Positions 39,200 to 50,049 of a stretch of 64,000 nt of DNA are shown piece by piece; positions within the stretch are counted from its first letter, which is position 1, and each line of letters begins with the position of its first letter. The position numbers and the translations under genes are program-made. The DNA is from an uncultured delta proteobacterium (lineage in GTDB: Bacteria; Desulfobacterota; Binatia; UBA9968). The notes under the pieces were generated by a model, which was not told the DNA's origin, did not search any database, and saw only the letters and a program-made list of their open reading frames with translations. The stretch is taken from the NCBI GenBank assembly GCA_963755715.1, contig CAVWLW010000043.1, positions 1-64,000 on the forward strand. The letters are read 5' to 3'.

Positions 39200-41925
39200 A
39201 TGACTCCTATGAAAATTCTCGTGGTTGAAGATAACCCGATCTCGCGAAAGCTTACCCGTCTTGCGCTGGAAACAGAAGGTTTCGGTGTGATTGAGGCCGC
39301 CAACGGCCAATCCGCGATTGACGCTGTCACGCGCGACCACCCAGATCTGATCCTGCAGGATCTTTTGCTTCCCGACTTGGACGGCTTCGAACTCGTACAT
39401 CGGTTGCATGAATTGACACAAGCCGAAAGGGTGCCGATCTTGGCGCTCATGGGTCTCATCGCCGCGGGCGATGAAAAGAAGCTGCCGACGGCGCCATTCG
39501 CGGATTATTTGTTTAAGCCGGTGGAGCCGTCGTTTTTAGTCAGCACGGTGCGCGGCCATTTGGCCGCCAGTCGGACCTCGGAACACATGCCGGGATCCGG
39601 ACGGGTCGTTTTGGCCGTCGATGATGACCCGAAACAATTGAAACTGTTGTCCACTTATCTCGCCAATCTCGGTTTCGGTGTGACGACGGCAAAAGACGGC
39701 GCTGAAGCGCTGACAAAAGCCGAAACGACGCTGCCCGATGCCGTGATCAGCGATGTTTTGATGCCGCGCATCGACGGCTTCGAGCTCTGCCGATCCCTCC
39801 GCAAACATGAACGACTGGGCAAAATTCCCATCGTGTTGTTGACGAACAGCTATGATGACGCCGCGGATCAGCGATCTGGCGGCCGCCAGCGGCGCCAACG
39901 CGCTGATCCATCGAACTCCCGATTGCAACGAGGCGGTCGAAATCCTGCTCGCCAGTCTCAATCATCCGGCGCCGTCGCCCGTGCCGGATGACGGGCACTT
40001 CGAAGCCGGACACAAAGAGAGCCTGATGCGGCAACTCAATCGACAAGCCCGGCTCAACGTCGATTTGGCGCGCCGCTGTGCGGCGCAGAGCGCTCAGCTC
40101 TCCGTGCTCGCGAGCGCCGCGCAAAATTTTATGAAACCGGGCCAGAGCATTGAAGGTCTGCTCTCGGAGATCTTGGCGCACTATCTGGCCGTCATTAGCT
40201 TTTCCCGTGGCGCGGTATATCTGGTCGATGGCGCTTCGCATCTCAAGTTGTCGGGGCAGATCGGCTTTCCGCAGTCGAGCGAATCGGCCTTGACGGAATT
40301 TTTCGGCAGCGCGGACGTTGCTGCGCGAAGTCATGGCTTGCGAAGAGCCGACGATGTTCAGCACGCCGGCCGCCGATGCGCGCTTTCAAGCTCTCTTGAC
40401 CCATGCCGCGGTCAGGTCCGTCATTATCGCGCCTCTGTCTTTTGAGGGCCGCGCGCTCGGCGTCATTGCGCTGTTTTCCGAAACCCGAGAGCTTTACCCG
40501 GAATGGGTCTATCTTTCCAAACTCATTCACGGTCAAATCAGCCAAGCCGTAGCGCTCTGGCAAACCATTTTCCAGTTAAAATATTTGGCCGAGTACGATC
40601 CTCTCACCGGGATGGCGAATCGCTCGCGCTTGACCGAGCGTTTGCAGCAGCTTCTCGGCGCCGAAAAGGCGCCCCTTGAGCTGGCGCTGTTGCGCGTCAA
40701 CATCGACCGCTTCGAAGAGATCAATAATGCGTTGAGTTACCGCAACGGCGACGAATTGCTGCGCCAGTTCGGCGTCCGCTTGCAACAAGCTCTCACTCAC
40801 GCAGACATGATTGCGCGCCTGGGCGCCGACGAGTTCGGGGTCATCGTCGCGGCTACCGGCGTGTCGCAGACGGCATCGGATATTGCGCATTCGATCACCG
40901 AGGCAATCGAGACCCCGTTCGTGATCGACGGTCTTCCCTTGGATGTGCATGCGAGTATCGGCATCGCGCTCGCTCCCGAGCATGCCGACAATGCCGATGA
41001 CCTACTGCGCCGCGCCGACATGGCTATGCGGGCGGCCAAACGCTCGACGGCGGGTTTCATCGTTTATGGCGCCAGCATCGATCAGTACGACCCGCGGCGG
41101 TTGACGCTGATGGGCGAACTCAGTTTTGCCATCGAGAACGACGAGCTGGCGATCTATTACCAACCTAAGGTGAGCTTCAAGACCAACCGCATCGTCGGTG
41201 TCGAGGCGCTGTTGCGCTGGCAGCATCCGCAGCGCGGCATGATCGCGCCGGATCAAATTATCCCGCTGGCAGAGAAGACCGGCGCGATCCAGCGTTTGAC
41301 CGAATGGGTGCTTGGCAGCGCATCGCGCCAAGCCGCGGCCTGGCGGCGTGCGGGGATCGACATCGGAGTCGCCATCAATCTATCCACCCGCAACCTGATC
41401 GAACCGGCATTTCCCAACCGGGTGATGGCCATGCTTGATCGCGACGAAACGACGGCGGGGCGGATTACCCTGGAAATCACCGAGAGCGCTTTGATGGCCG
41501 ATCCCTCGAAGGCGAGAAAGGCGCTGATGTTTCTTAGTCAGCAAGGCATCCGGTTTTCGATCGATGATTTTGGCACCGGCTACTCATCCCTCGCGTATCT
41601 CAAACATTTGCCGGTGAGCGAAATCAAAATCGACAAAATTTTTGTTTCGACCATGATGACCGACACCGACAACGCTACGATTGTCCGCTCCACCATCGAC
41701 CTCGGCCACAATCTTGGCCTGTCGGTCGTTGCGGAAGGAGTGGAAGACCGACAAACGTGGGAGCAGCTCAGCCTTTTGGGGTGTGACCACGCGCAGGGTT
41801 ATTACCTCAGCCGACCTTTGCCTGTCGATCAGTTGGAACGCTGGCTCAAGGAGTCGAACTGGGGAATTGCTCGGCAGGCTCGTGCCGGATCAATAATCGA
41901 TCGCCATGATCATTCACGCCTATGA
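39200..41925 (+). CDS. REC-REC-(GAF)-GGDEF-EAL c-di-GMP signalling protein (frameshifts near 39870 and 40317)
   Basis: Three consecutive ORFs (39200, 39852, 40318): two receivers, a GAF-like segment, YDPLTG..RLGADEF, EALLRW, DDFGTGYSSL, VAEGVE. Confidence 0.85.
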
Positions 41926-42358
41926 AACAAGAGTACCATTCACAATCGGGGTCGGCCAAAAGTCGCGCGGGATAAGCACGGTAGGTGCGTGGGGGCGATC
42001 GGCGGCAGATTAGCTAAATCCGCCTCGGCCGTTTTTTCGCGTTCGGTGCGCGCTGCCGCGTTAGTCTTCTACATCTTGAGCAGGTATCTAAAATGGGCAC
42101 GGGCTTTGGAAGTCGACCTGCTTCTGCATTTCCTGCTCGGCCGGTTCGTTTCGATCTGCTCTCGGCGCCGCCGTAATTAAAAGGTCACATCGACAAGAAT
42201 GAACGATTTGGCGATGATGAAAATCTTGCTTGAAACAGCGTTGCTCCTTAAATGGCAGGCAATATCCTAGTTATTCCAAAGGACTACTAGATGTCGGATC
42301 GACTCTATTCGAGTCGCGGCTATTATCCTGCGGCACTATTCCTGCTTAATAGAAGCGC

Positions 42359-42802
42359 GTGGCGGAAAAAAAGAAGAGAATACTCATCGTTGAAGACAAC
42401 GCTGACTGCCGCGAACTGCTCAGACTGATAATCACCAGACAGCTAGGCTGCGAAGTCGTCGAGGCGGCCACGGGACTCGCAGCCGTTGATCAAGCGAGCG
42501 CCACGCACCCCGATCTGATCCTCATGGACCTCGGCTTGCCCGGAATAAGCGGCGTTGAAGCAACCGAGCGCATCAAGGCGAATCCCGCCATCAAGGACAT
42601 ACCGATCGTAATCAATACCGCTTTTAACGCCACTGATCTCACAAGGCGCGCGCTCGCCGCAGGCGCTGCAGAGATTTTACACAAACCTATCGAGCTAATG
42701 GTTTTGCGCGATACTCTTCACAAATATTTGTCGAAGGAGTCGAGTGCCAGCGAAAGTGTCGTGGATCGAATTGAATCAAAGTTCGTTGAGTGCGAAAGGT
42801 AA
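42359..42802 (+). CDS. single-domain response regulator
   Basis: ILIVEDN, PDLILMDLGLPG, LHKP motifs. Confidence 0.88.
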   Translation: MAEKKKRILIVEDNADCRELLRLIITRQLGCEVVEAATGLAAVDQASATHPDLILMDLGLPGISGVEATERIKANPAIKDIPIVINTAFNATDLTRRALAAGAAEILHKPIELMVLRDTLHKYLSKESSASESVVDRIESKFVECER

Positions 42803-43265
42803 ATAGATGCTGACCCGCTGATACCATGCATGTTCGTTCGCAATTCTTGATTTCGACAACCTGTACGTAAAGTTAATGTTTCTTGCCGGTGGCAGCCTGC
42901 CGAAAGATGTCTGGCAAAGACGATATCATCCTGTTCGATCCGCGTATTCTGAGTCGCGCCGAAGATCGTTGAAAACGATAGGTTTAACCAAAAGACATTG
43001 CTCATCGGTCATTTCGCGACGTTGCGACTCATCGACCGGCCTACATCCCTTGTAATCGAGCGTCTTTCTCACCTGTAATCTCATAATAACAACGCTCTCT
43101 CGTTGCGCGTGTCTGAGCAGAGACCCGAACGCTTCCACCTTCGTGAGGCGGACGTAAAAGCGCGAGAGATACGGTATTGCGTGACTCGTTGATTCCGTAG
43201 CTCGATTTCCCCTATATCAGTCTTCTTGTCATCGCTGCGGACCACAGCGATGACTCTCGTTTCCC

Positions 43266-43295
43266 TTGACAATTCCCTGACGGCTTGAATAAGGT
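43266..43295 (+). promoter_or_regulatory. putative sigma70 promoter of the hydroxycinnamoyl-CoA operon
   Basis: TTGACA, 18-nt spacer, TAAGGT; upstream of the GAGGAGG RBS. Confidence 0.4.
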
Positions 43296-43326
43296 CATGA
43301 CAAATTCGTTGAGGAGGTATTAAACC

Positions 43327-44166
43327 GTGGCCGCAACATTATGGAAAGAATATAAGACCGTTAAAGTAGAAAAAGAGGATGGCATCAGCTGGTGCATTCT
43401 CAATCGTCCTGAGAAACGCAATGCGATGAACCCGCAGCTTCATTATGACATGCTCGAAGCGCTCACCGAGTTGGAAGTTGACAAAGACACCAAGGTTCTG
43501 GTGATCACCGGCGCCGGGCCGAGTTGGTGCGCTGGGCAGGATCTGCGCGAATACTTCCGTGGCACCGACAACAATCCGCTCGAACGGCGCAAGGCGAGCT
43601 GGGCGTCTCAGGAATGGCGCTGGCGCAAACTCTTCTACTACCCGAAACCGACCATCGCGATGGTGAACGGCTTCTGTTTTGGCGGCGCTTTCACACCACT
43701 GATCGCCTGCGATTTTGCGATTGCCGCCGAGGATGCGACCTTTGGGCTGAGCGAAGTCAATTGGGGTATTTTTCCAGGCGGGTTGGTGAGCCGGGTTTTG
43801 GCCGACGCGATGTGCTACCGCGACGCCATGTGGGCGATCATGACCGGCGACCCGTTCGACGGCAAGAAAGCCGCTGAGATGAAGCTGATCAACTACGCCG
43901 TGCCGAAGGAAAAATTGCGCGAGGAGACGATCGGCCTGGCGCAAAAGCTGATGAAAAAGAACCCGCAGGTGCTGCGCGCTGCAAAGGAAGTCTACAAGTA
44001 TTGCCGCACCATGGATTACAGCCAGGCTGAAGAATACATGAGCGCGAAAGGCACGGCGCTTCGTCTCACCGATCCGGAAAAGGGCCGTGAGACCGGCATG
44101 GAGCAATTTCTCGACAAGAAAACCTATCGTCCTGGACTGGGCGAATACAACCGCGACGCGAAATAG
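43327..44166 (+). CDS. ech: p-hydroxycinnamoyl-CoA hydratase/lyase (crotonase family)
   Basis: LNRPEKRNAMNP, AGQDLREYFR, KPTIAMVNG.CFGG, LSEVNWGI.PG, QFLDKK.YRPGL match the HCHL subfamily. Confidence 0.85.
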   Translation: MAATLWKEYKTVKVEKEDGISWCILNRPEKRNAMNPQLHYDMLEALTELEVDKDTKVLVITGAGPSWCAGQDLREYFRGTDNNPLERRKASWASQEWRWRKLFYYPKPTIAMVNGFCFGGAFTPLIACDFAIAAEDATFGLSEVNWGIFPGGLVSRVLADAMCYRDAMWAIMTGDPFDGKKAAEMKLINYAVPKEKLREETIGLAQKLMKKNPQVLRAAKEVYKYCRTMDYSQAEEYMSAKGTALRLTDPEKGRETGMEQFLDKKTYRPGLGEYNRDAK

Positions 44167-44172
44167 CGAGAA

Positions 44173-44294
44173 AATGGATAATGGAGAATTGAGAATGGAG
44201 AATTAAAGTCAGGTGTTTTGCGCTCGTAGTACGCTTGCGCCCTCTACCTCTAAATTCTCCTCTCTCTCCCATTATCCATTATCAATTATCCATT
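44173..44294. repeat. 7-bp tandem repeats in two inverted arms
   Basis: AATGGAT AATGGAG AATTGAG AATGGAG ... ATCCATT ATCAATT ATCCATT. Confidence 0.8.
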
Positions 44295-44296
44295 AA

Positions 44297-45472
44297 TTGG
44301 GAGCACCGGTGGATTTCAATCTCCCCGAAGAACTGCAAGTTCTAAAAGACACGGTGCGTAAGTTCGTCGATCGCGAGCTGATCCCGCTCGAGCGTGAGTG
44401 CCGCCCCGAAGGCGAAGACATGCCCGAGCAATACATCAAGCCACTGCAAGAAAAGGCCAAGGCGATCGGTCTCTGGCTCCTCGACGTGCCGCAGGAATAT
44501 GGCGGCGCCGGCCTCGATCTGATGAGCCGGTGCGTGATCATGGAGGAAGTAGCGCGTACGGTGGCCATACCGTTTCGCTACGCGCCGATCTTCGGGCCGG
44601 AAGTGCGACCGGTGCTGTTTCACTGCAACGAAGAACAGAAGCCGCGCTTTCTTCTTCCGGTGATTCGCGGCGAAAAAAGAATTTGCTTCGCGCAGACCGA
44701 ACCGGATGCCGGCAGCGATCCGTCGGGCATGAAGACGCGCGCGGTGCGCGACGGCGATTATTACATCATTAACGGGACAAAGCGGTTTATCACCGCCGCC
44801 AAAACCGCCGATTATGCGCAGGTCATTGCGGTTACCGATCCGCAAAAGGGCGCGCGCGGTGGCGTGAGTTGCTTCGTCGTCGACATGAAAGCGCCGGGCG
44901 TCACCTTGGAGCGGTTGTGGCCGACGATGATGGGCGATACGCCGGGGCAAATTCATTTTGAAAACGTGCGCGTGCCGGCAGCCGACAGGATCGGCCAGGA
45001 AGGTGAAGGTTTTTCCATCGCGCAAGGATGGATTCAGGAAGGGCGCATCCGTGGTCACGGCGCGCGACCCGTCGGCATCGCATCGCGCGCTCTCGACATG
45101 ATGATCGAATATTCCAAAGTGCGCACGACTTTCGGCCGGCCGCTGGCGGACAGACAAGCGATTCAATTTATGATTGCCGATTCGGCCATGGAACTGCACG
45201 CTTGCCGTTTAATGGTTTATGAATGCGCTTGGCGCCACGACCGCGGCGAAGACATTCGCCAGCTTTCTTATATGACCAAGATTCAGTGCGCTGAAATGGC
45301 GAGCCGGGTCGTCGACCGCTCGATCCAGGTGCACGGCGGATTGGGACTGATGCGCGAATTGCCGCTCGAATGGTGGTACCGCCAGGTGCGCAGTATTCGC
45401 ATCACCGAAGGCACGCCGGAAGTTTTGCGCTGGCGCTTGGCGCAGCATATCATTAAAAATCATAAGGGATGA
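44297..45472 (+). CDS. acyl-CoA dehydrogenase
   Basis: FAQTEPDAGSD, INGTKRFIT, RTTFGRPL..QAIQ, IQVHGGLG, RITEGTPE motifs. Start may be GTG 44309. Confidence 0.93.
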   Translation: MGAPVDFNLPEELQVLKDTVRKFVDRELIPLERECRPEGEDMPEQYIKPLQEKAKAIGLWLLDVPQEYGGAGLDLMSRCVIMEEVARTVAIPFRYAPIFGPEVRPVLFHCNEEQKPRFLLPVIRGEKRICFAQTEPDAGSDPSGMKTRAVRDGDYYIINGTKRFITAAKTADYAQVIAVTDPQKGARGGVSCFVVDMKAPGVTLERLWPTMMGDTPGQIHFENVRVPAADRIGQEGEGFSIAQGWIQEGRIRGHGARPVGIASRALDMMIEYSKVRTTFGRPLADRQAIQFMIADSAMELHACRLMVYECAWRHDRGEDIRQLSYMTKIQCAEMASRVVDRSIQVHGGLGLMRELPLEWWYRQVRSIRITEGTPEVLRWRLAQHIIKNHKG

Positions 45473-45482
45473 TTTACCCGTC

Positions 45483-45550
45483 GAGGATGGAAGATTGAGG
45501 ATGGCGGATCGCATTCTTTCAATCTTCGATCCTCGATCGTCCATCCTCGA
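45483..45550. repeat. 7-bp tandem repeats in two inverted arms
   Basis: GAGGATG GAAGATT GAGGATG GCGGATC ... TCTTCGA TCCTCGA TCGTCCA TCCTCGA. Confidence 0.75.
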
Positions 45551-45569
45551 TTGATAATCAGAACTACTC

Positions 45570-46778
45570 ATGACTGACATCGCTCAACCCATGGCGTTAC
45601 TCGCCGGCTACCGCGTTCTCGACCTGAGCTCTTCCATGGGCGCCTTTTGCGGCAAGCTGCTGCGCGATCTTGGGATGGACGTGGTCAAGGTCGAACCGCC
45701 CACCGGCGATGCGATGCGCGCTGAACCTCCCTTTGCGAAAGGTCATGTCCATCGCGAAGGCAGCCTGCGTTTCGCCTATCTAAACGCCGGTAAGCGCAGC
45801 ATCACGTTGAACATTGCCAAGCCAAGCGGGCGGAACATGCTGCTCGACTTGGTTGAGCGGGCGGACGTGGTGGTGGAAGATTTTGCGCCCGGTCATCTTG
45901 CTAGTTTGGGGCTTGATTATGAGACGCTGATCGAACGGAAAAAGAACTTAGTTTTGGTTTCGGTGAGCGGCTTTGGCCAGGACGGTCCCTACGCGCAATA
46001 CAAGACGCCCGATATCGTCGGCAACGCCATGGGCGGTTTACTTTACATCAGCGGCGATCCGACGATGACGCCATGCAATCCGCCGGAGACGCAGTCGTAC
46101 TATTACGCGAGTTTGTTTGCCTCCTACGGAGTCATGCTGGCGCTCTGGCAGCGCGAGACGCGCGGCATCGGCGCCTGGATCGACGCGTCGATTCAAGCGA
46201 GCATGGCGCTGCATGAACATGTCGCGTTCAATTATTCCGCCGAGGGCAGGGTGATGAAGCGCGCCGGCAGCCAGCACCAGCACAACGCGCCGGCGAATTT
46301 GTTCCAATGCAAGAACGGTTGGATTGCTCTCTTCGTCACCCAAACGCACTGGCCGCTATTGCTCAAACTCTGGGGTGATCACGATCCGGCGCTCGATGAT
46401 CCGAAATGGATCAACAGCAACCTGCGCCGCCAGCACGCCGACTACATCAACGCGCAGGTGACGTCGTTCACGTCGCGCTTTCTCAAAGAAGATCTCGCTG
46501 AGATGATGCAGAAAAATGGCATCCCCGGCTTACCGGTGAATTCGCCGTCGGATTTTATGAAGGACCCGCACATTCAAGCGCGCGGATTCTTCAGCGCCGT
46601 CAACCATCCCGTGCTCGGCACTTTTCAGCAACCGGGGAATTGCTTCATGGTCAACGGCAGCCGCACCGAAGCATCACCCGCGCCGCTTTTAGGGCAGCAC
46701 AATCAGCAGGTCTTCTGTGGCGAGCTCGGTTTGGGCGAGAAGGAGTTGGCGGTATTGGCGGCGGAGAAAGTCATTTGA
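45570..46778 (+). CDS. class III CoA transferase (CaiB/BaiF), subunit 1
   Basis: LAGYRVLDL, DVVKVEPP.GD, NAGKRSITL, SGFGQDGPY, APLLGQHN motifs. Confidence 0.9.
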   Translation: MTDIAQPMALLAGYRVLDLSSSMGAFCGKLLRDLGMDVVKVEPPTGDAMRAEPPFAKGHVHREGSLRFAYLNAGKRSITLNIAKPSGRNMLLDLVERADVVVEDFAPGHLASLGLDYETLIERKKNLVLVSVSGFGQDGPYAQYKTPDIVGNAMGGLLYISGDPTMTPCNPPETQSYYYASLFASYGVMLALWQRETRGIGAWIDASIQASMALHEHVAFNYSAEGRVMKRAGSQHQHNAPANLFQCKNGWIALFVTQTHWPLLLKLWGDHDPALDDPKWINSNLRRQHADYINAQVTSFTSRFLKEDLAEMMQKNGIPGLPVNSPSDFMKDPHIQARGFFSAVNHPVLGTFQQPGNCFMVNGSRTEASPAPLLGQHNQQVFCGELGLGEKELAVLAAEKVI

Positions 46779-46780
46779 AG

Positions 46781-46886
46781 AAATTGAAAATGGAGAATGG
46801 AGAATTGAGAATGGCGGATGCTGAAAAGCACGGTCAGCCAATTTGGCTCGTCGTAATTTTCAATTTTCAATTCTCCATTTTCAATT
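46781..46886. repeat. 7-bp tandem repeats in two inverted arms
   Basis: AATTGAA AATGGAG AATGGAG AATTGAG AATGGCG ... TTTTCAA TTTTCAA TTCTCCA TTTTCAA. Confidence 0.8.
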
Positions 46887-46895
46887 ATTAGATTC

Positions 46896-48107
46896 ATGTC
46901 ACCCAACGAAATTCTAAAAGGCGTGCGAGTTTTGGCTTTCACCACCGGCTATGCCGGTCCGTACGCCGGCCGCTTGCTCGCAAGCTACGGCGCAGAGGTG
47001 ATCAAGATAGAGTCGAAGAAGGGCGGGCTCGATACTTTTCGCCATTACGGCCAGCACAAAGACATCGACGCGGCGCCGCGCTTTATCGAATGCAATCTCG
47101 GCGTGCGCTCGATGGCGATCAATCTGAAACACCCAACGGGAGGGCGACTGATCCGCGAGCTCGCCGGCAAATCGGATGCAGTCTTGCAGAATTTCCGTCC
47201 TAGGGTATTGGATAAATTGGGTTTAGGTGATGATGACCTGAGAAAAGCTAATCCAAAACTTGTGATTGTTAAACTGCCCGGCTTCGGCAGTGAAGGGCCG
47301 AAGAGCAGCTACGGCACCTGGGGGTTCAACCTTACGGCGTTTTCCGGAATGACCTATCTCTGGAATCATCCCGAGCAGGATCGCCCGATCGGCAGCCAGG
47401 GTGTGTATCCCGATCATTTGGGTTTCGTCATGGGGCCAACGCTGCTTGTCGCGGCACTGCTCAATAGCCGGCGCACCGGCAAGGGCGTGACCATCGATCT
47501 AGCGCAGATCGAAGGAACCGCGGCCGTTTTGGGGACGACGTATTTGGAAACATCGGTTAACGGCGACGATCCACAACCAAAGGGAAATCATTACGCCGCT
47601 GCCGCGCCGCATGGCTGTTACCGCTGCCAAGGCGAAGACCGCTGGTGCGTGATTTCAGCGCGCGACGATGACGAATGGCGCGCTTTCTGCCGAGTGATCG
47701 GCCGCGGTGAGTTGGTGAGCGATGCACGCTTTGTGAATTTACAGGCGCGCCTTAACAACCGCGCGGAACTTGACGGCATCGTACAACAATGGACCGAAGC
47801 GCGACCGGCGGAAGAAGTTATGGACCAGCTGCAAACTGCCGGCGTTCCCGCGGGTGTGGTGCAGACCGGCGCCGATCTTTTGCAGGATGTCCAACTGCGG
47901 CATAGAAATTATTTTTCGCCTTTCGCCGATTCGCTGATCGGTCCGTTTGAAATTCCGCGCAGCGGTTTCTTGTTTCGCGGCATGAACGAAGAGCCTCTGC
48001 GCTTACCCAACCGACTCGGCGCAGACAATGACCCAATCCTGAGCGAGCTGCTCGGTTATGACCGAGCGACCATCGAGCAATGGCGCCAGGAAGAAATCCT
48101 CACGTAG
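46896..48107 (+). CDS. class III CoA transferase (CaiB/BaiF), subunit 2
   Basis: LKGVRVL, AGPYAG..LA.YGAEVIKIES, QNFRP, PGFG..GP, YPD (putative catalytic Asp), PHGCYRC motifs. Confidence 0.9.
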   Translation: MSPNEILKGVRVLAFTTGYAGPYAGRLLASYGAEVIKIESKKGGLDTFRHYGQHKDIDAAPRFIECNLGVRSMAINLKHPTGGRLIRELAGKSDAVLQNFRPRVLDKLGLGDDDLRKANPKLVIVKLPGFGSEGPKSSYGTWGFNLTAFSGMTYLWNHPEQDRPIGSQGVYPDHLGFVMGPTLLVAALLNSRRTGKGVTIDLAQIEGTAAVLGTTYLETSVNGDDPQPKGNHYAAAAPHGCYRCQGEDRWCVISARDDDEWRAFCRVIGRGELVSDARFVNLQARLNNRAELDGIVQQWTEARPAEEVMDQLQTAGVPAGVVQTGADLLQDVQLRHRNYFSPFADSLIGPFEIPRSGFLFRGMNEEPLRLPNRLGADNDPILSELLGYDRATIEQWRQEEILT

Positions 48108-48187
48108 CGGCGCGGTTCACGCTTGGGAAGTAGAGTCGTTGTACAAATCCTAGCGCTTTATGTCGCTATCGTGAAATTGGCCGCGGT

Positions 48188-48293
48188 GTCATTCTGAACG
48201 ACAGTGAAGAATCCCGACCGAATCAGCGGTTGTAAAAGACGAGATTCTTCGGCGGAGTTTATCCTGAGAAGATCGAAGGGCCTCAGGATGACA
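48188..48293. repeat. REP-like palindromic element
   Basis: TGTCATTCTGA..GAAGAATC ... GATTCTTC..TCAGGATGACA nested inverted repeats. Confidence 0.7.
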
Positions 48294-48338
48294 TAGGCCA
48301 GGGCTTAGCAAATTTCTCGCTCACATCGGGGAGAACCC

Positions 48339-49320
48339 ATGTTCGGATTGCTCGCTTCCCTCGCGCTTTTAGTCGCGCTCGTTAGCCAAGCTCCGATCAT
48401 CCAGGCTCAAGAAACCGTTAAACTCCGCGCCAGCGTAGTGGCGAAAACGTTCGGCTTCGGCCCGGTCTGGGTGGCGTCGAGGCAGGGATTTTTCAATCAG
48501 CAAAAGCTCGATGTCGAGGTTCTGTTGATCCGCGGCTCGGACGTTTCCACGCAAGCTTTGGCCGGTGGCTCGCTGCAAGTTTCCGGCGCATCGTCCGATG
48601 CGCCGATCGCTGCCTTTGACCGTGGCTTGGACATGGTGATTATCGGCGGCATCATCAACGGCCTCAGCCAGTCGATCATGGCCGGCAAAAATTATAAAAC
48701 CTACGACGATCTGCGCGGCGCCACACTTGGCGCTAACAGCCTCACTGCCGGGGACAGCGTTCGCTTTCCGGCGCGTGCTCAAGGCCAAGGGATTGGAGTA
48801 TCCGCGCGATTACAAATTGATTAACGTCGGCGGAACGCCACAGGCGCTCGCGGCGTTGGCCTCGGGCCAGATTGCGGCGGCGCCGCTCTCGTTGCCGGTG
48901 AATTTTGTGGCCGAGGAGCAGGGATTCAATACCATCGGCCGCTTCATCGATGTGATCCCGCACTATCAGCTCTCGGTCTACTCCGTGCTTCGGCCTTGGG
49001 CGGAAAAAAATCGCGCCGTTGTCGTGCGTTTCATGAAGTCGGTCGCGCTGGCGGCACGCTGGATTTACGCGAATAAAGAAGCCGCGACCGATTTGCTCGC
49101 CAAGGAGATGGGCCTCAAGCGCGAATACGCGCGCAAAGGATGGGAGTTCTACACCGAAAAGGGATTATGGAGTCCGGTGGGCGACGTGACGCTCGACGGA
49201 CTCGGCATCGTCGCGCAGATCTACGCGGAACAGAATCAGTTAAAGGCCTCGCCCAATCCGGCCAAGTTTGTCGACCAAAGTTATTTGCGCGCGGCGCTGA
49301 AAGAAATTGACGGAAGATAG
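48339..49320 (+). CDS. ABC-type substrate-binding protein, NMT1-like (frameshift near 48750); paralog of 33635..34609
   Basis: IIGGIINGL..KTYDDLRG, then GTAFAFRRVLKAKGLEYPRDY in the second frame. Confidence 0.82.
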
Positions 49321-49454
49321 AATCCCGGTCGTTCACGTCGTTCCAGTTGTTACGGATGTGTTACGTCATTCTTCATGGCGCGACGCGCCGATCCCTTGAA
49401 TATTTTTCGGCGTGACCCTAAACTCGGCGATCATGTTGGTTGGATCCTCCTAGA

Positions 49455-49990
49455 GTGATAAACCCGCCCAAGACTCTCAAGACCGAACGCTTACGACTGA
49501 GAAAAGCAAAACTTTCCGATGCCGAGGCGATCTTTCGCCAGTATGCTCAAGATCCGGAAGTCATCAAATACGTCAGTTGGCGCGCGCACAGAGACCTAGA
49601 AGAAACGCGCGAGTACATGCGCATGTGCCAGCTCGCCTGGGACGTGGGCAAAGCGTTTCACTGGGTCATCGAGCAAACGAAGACAAGCAAGTGATCGGCA
49701 TGATGATCGCCAGAGTGAGTGGCGAAAAATGGGAGTTGGGTTACGTTTTAGCGCGCGCTCACTGGGGCCGAGGCTATATGACTGAAGCGCTCAAAGGGCT
49801 GGTCGCGTGGGCGCTTAAACAACAAGATATCTATCGCATCTGGGCGGTCTGCGATGTCGATAACATGGCTTCCGCCCGGGTCATGGAAAAGGCCGGCATG
49901 CAGCGCGAAGGGATATTGCGGCGCTGGTCAGTGCACCCCAATCTTAGCAACGAGCCGCGTGACTCCTATTGTTACGCTATTGTTAAATGA
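49455..49990 (+). CDS. GNAT N-acetyltransferase, RimJ/RimL type (frameshift near 49680)
   Basis: LKTERLRLR, ELGYVL...WGRGYMTEA, DNMASARVMEKAGM motifs. Confidence 0.85.
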
Positions 49991-50049
49991 AGGAGAACAG
50001 ATTGGAGCAATGAAGTGTTGGAGTGATGGAAAAGGCGTGGTGGATTAAT

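Noticed and set aside
39860-40325. Programmed ribosomal frameshifting in the c-di-GMP gene
   Set aside because: No slippery heptamer at either junction; the pattern matches the indels scattered across the window.
42803-43272. Short minus-strand ORFs
   Set aside because: No motif or RBS support; they may be gene remnants but cannot be assigned.
44173-46886. CRISPR array
   Set aside because: Units are 7 bp and degenerate with no regular 25-45-bp spacers, and there are no cas genes.
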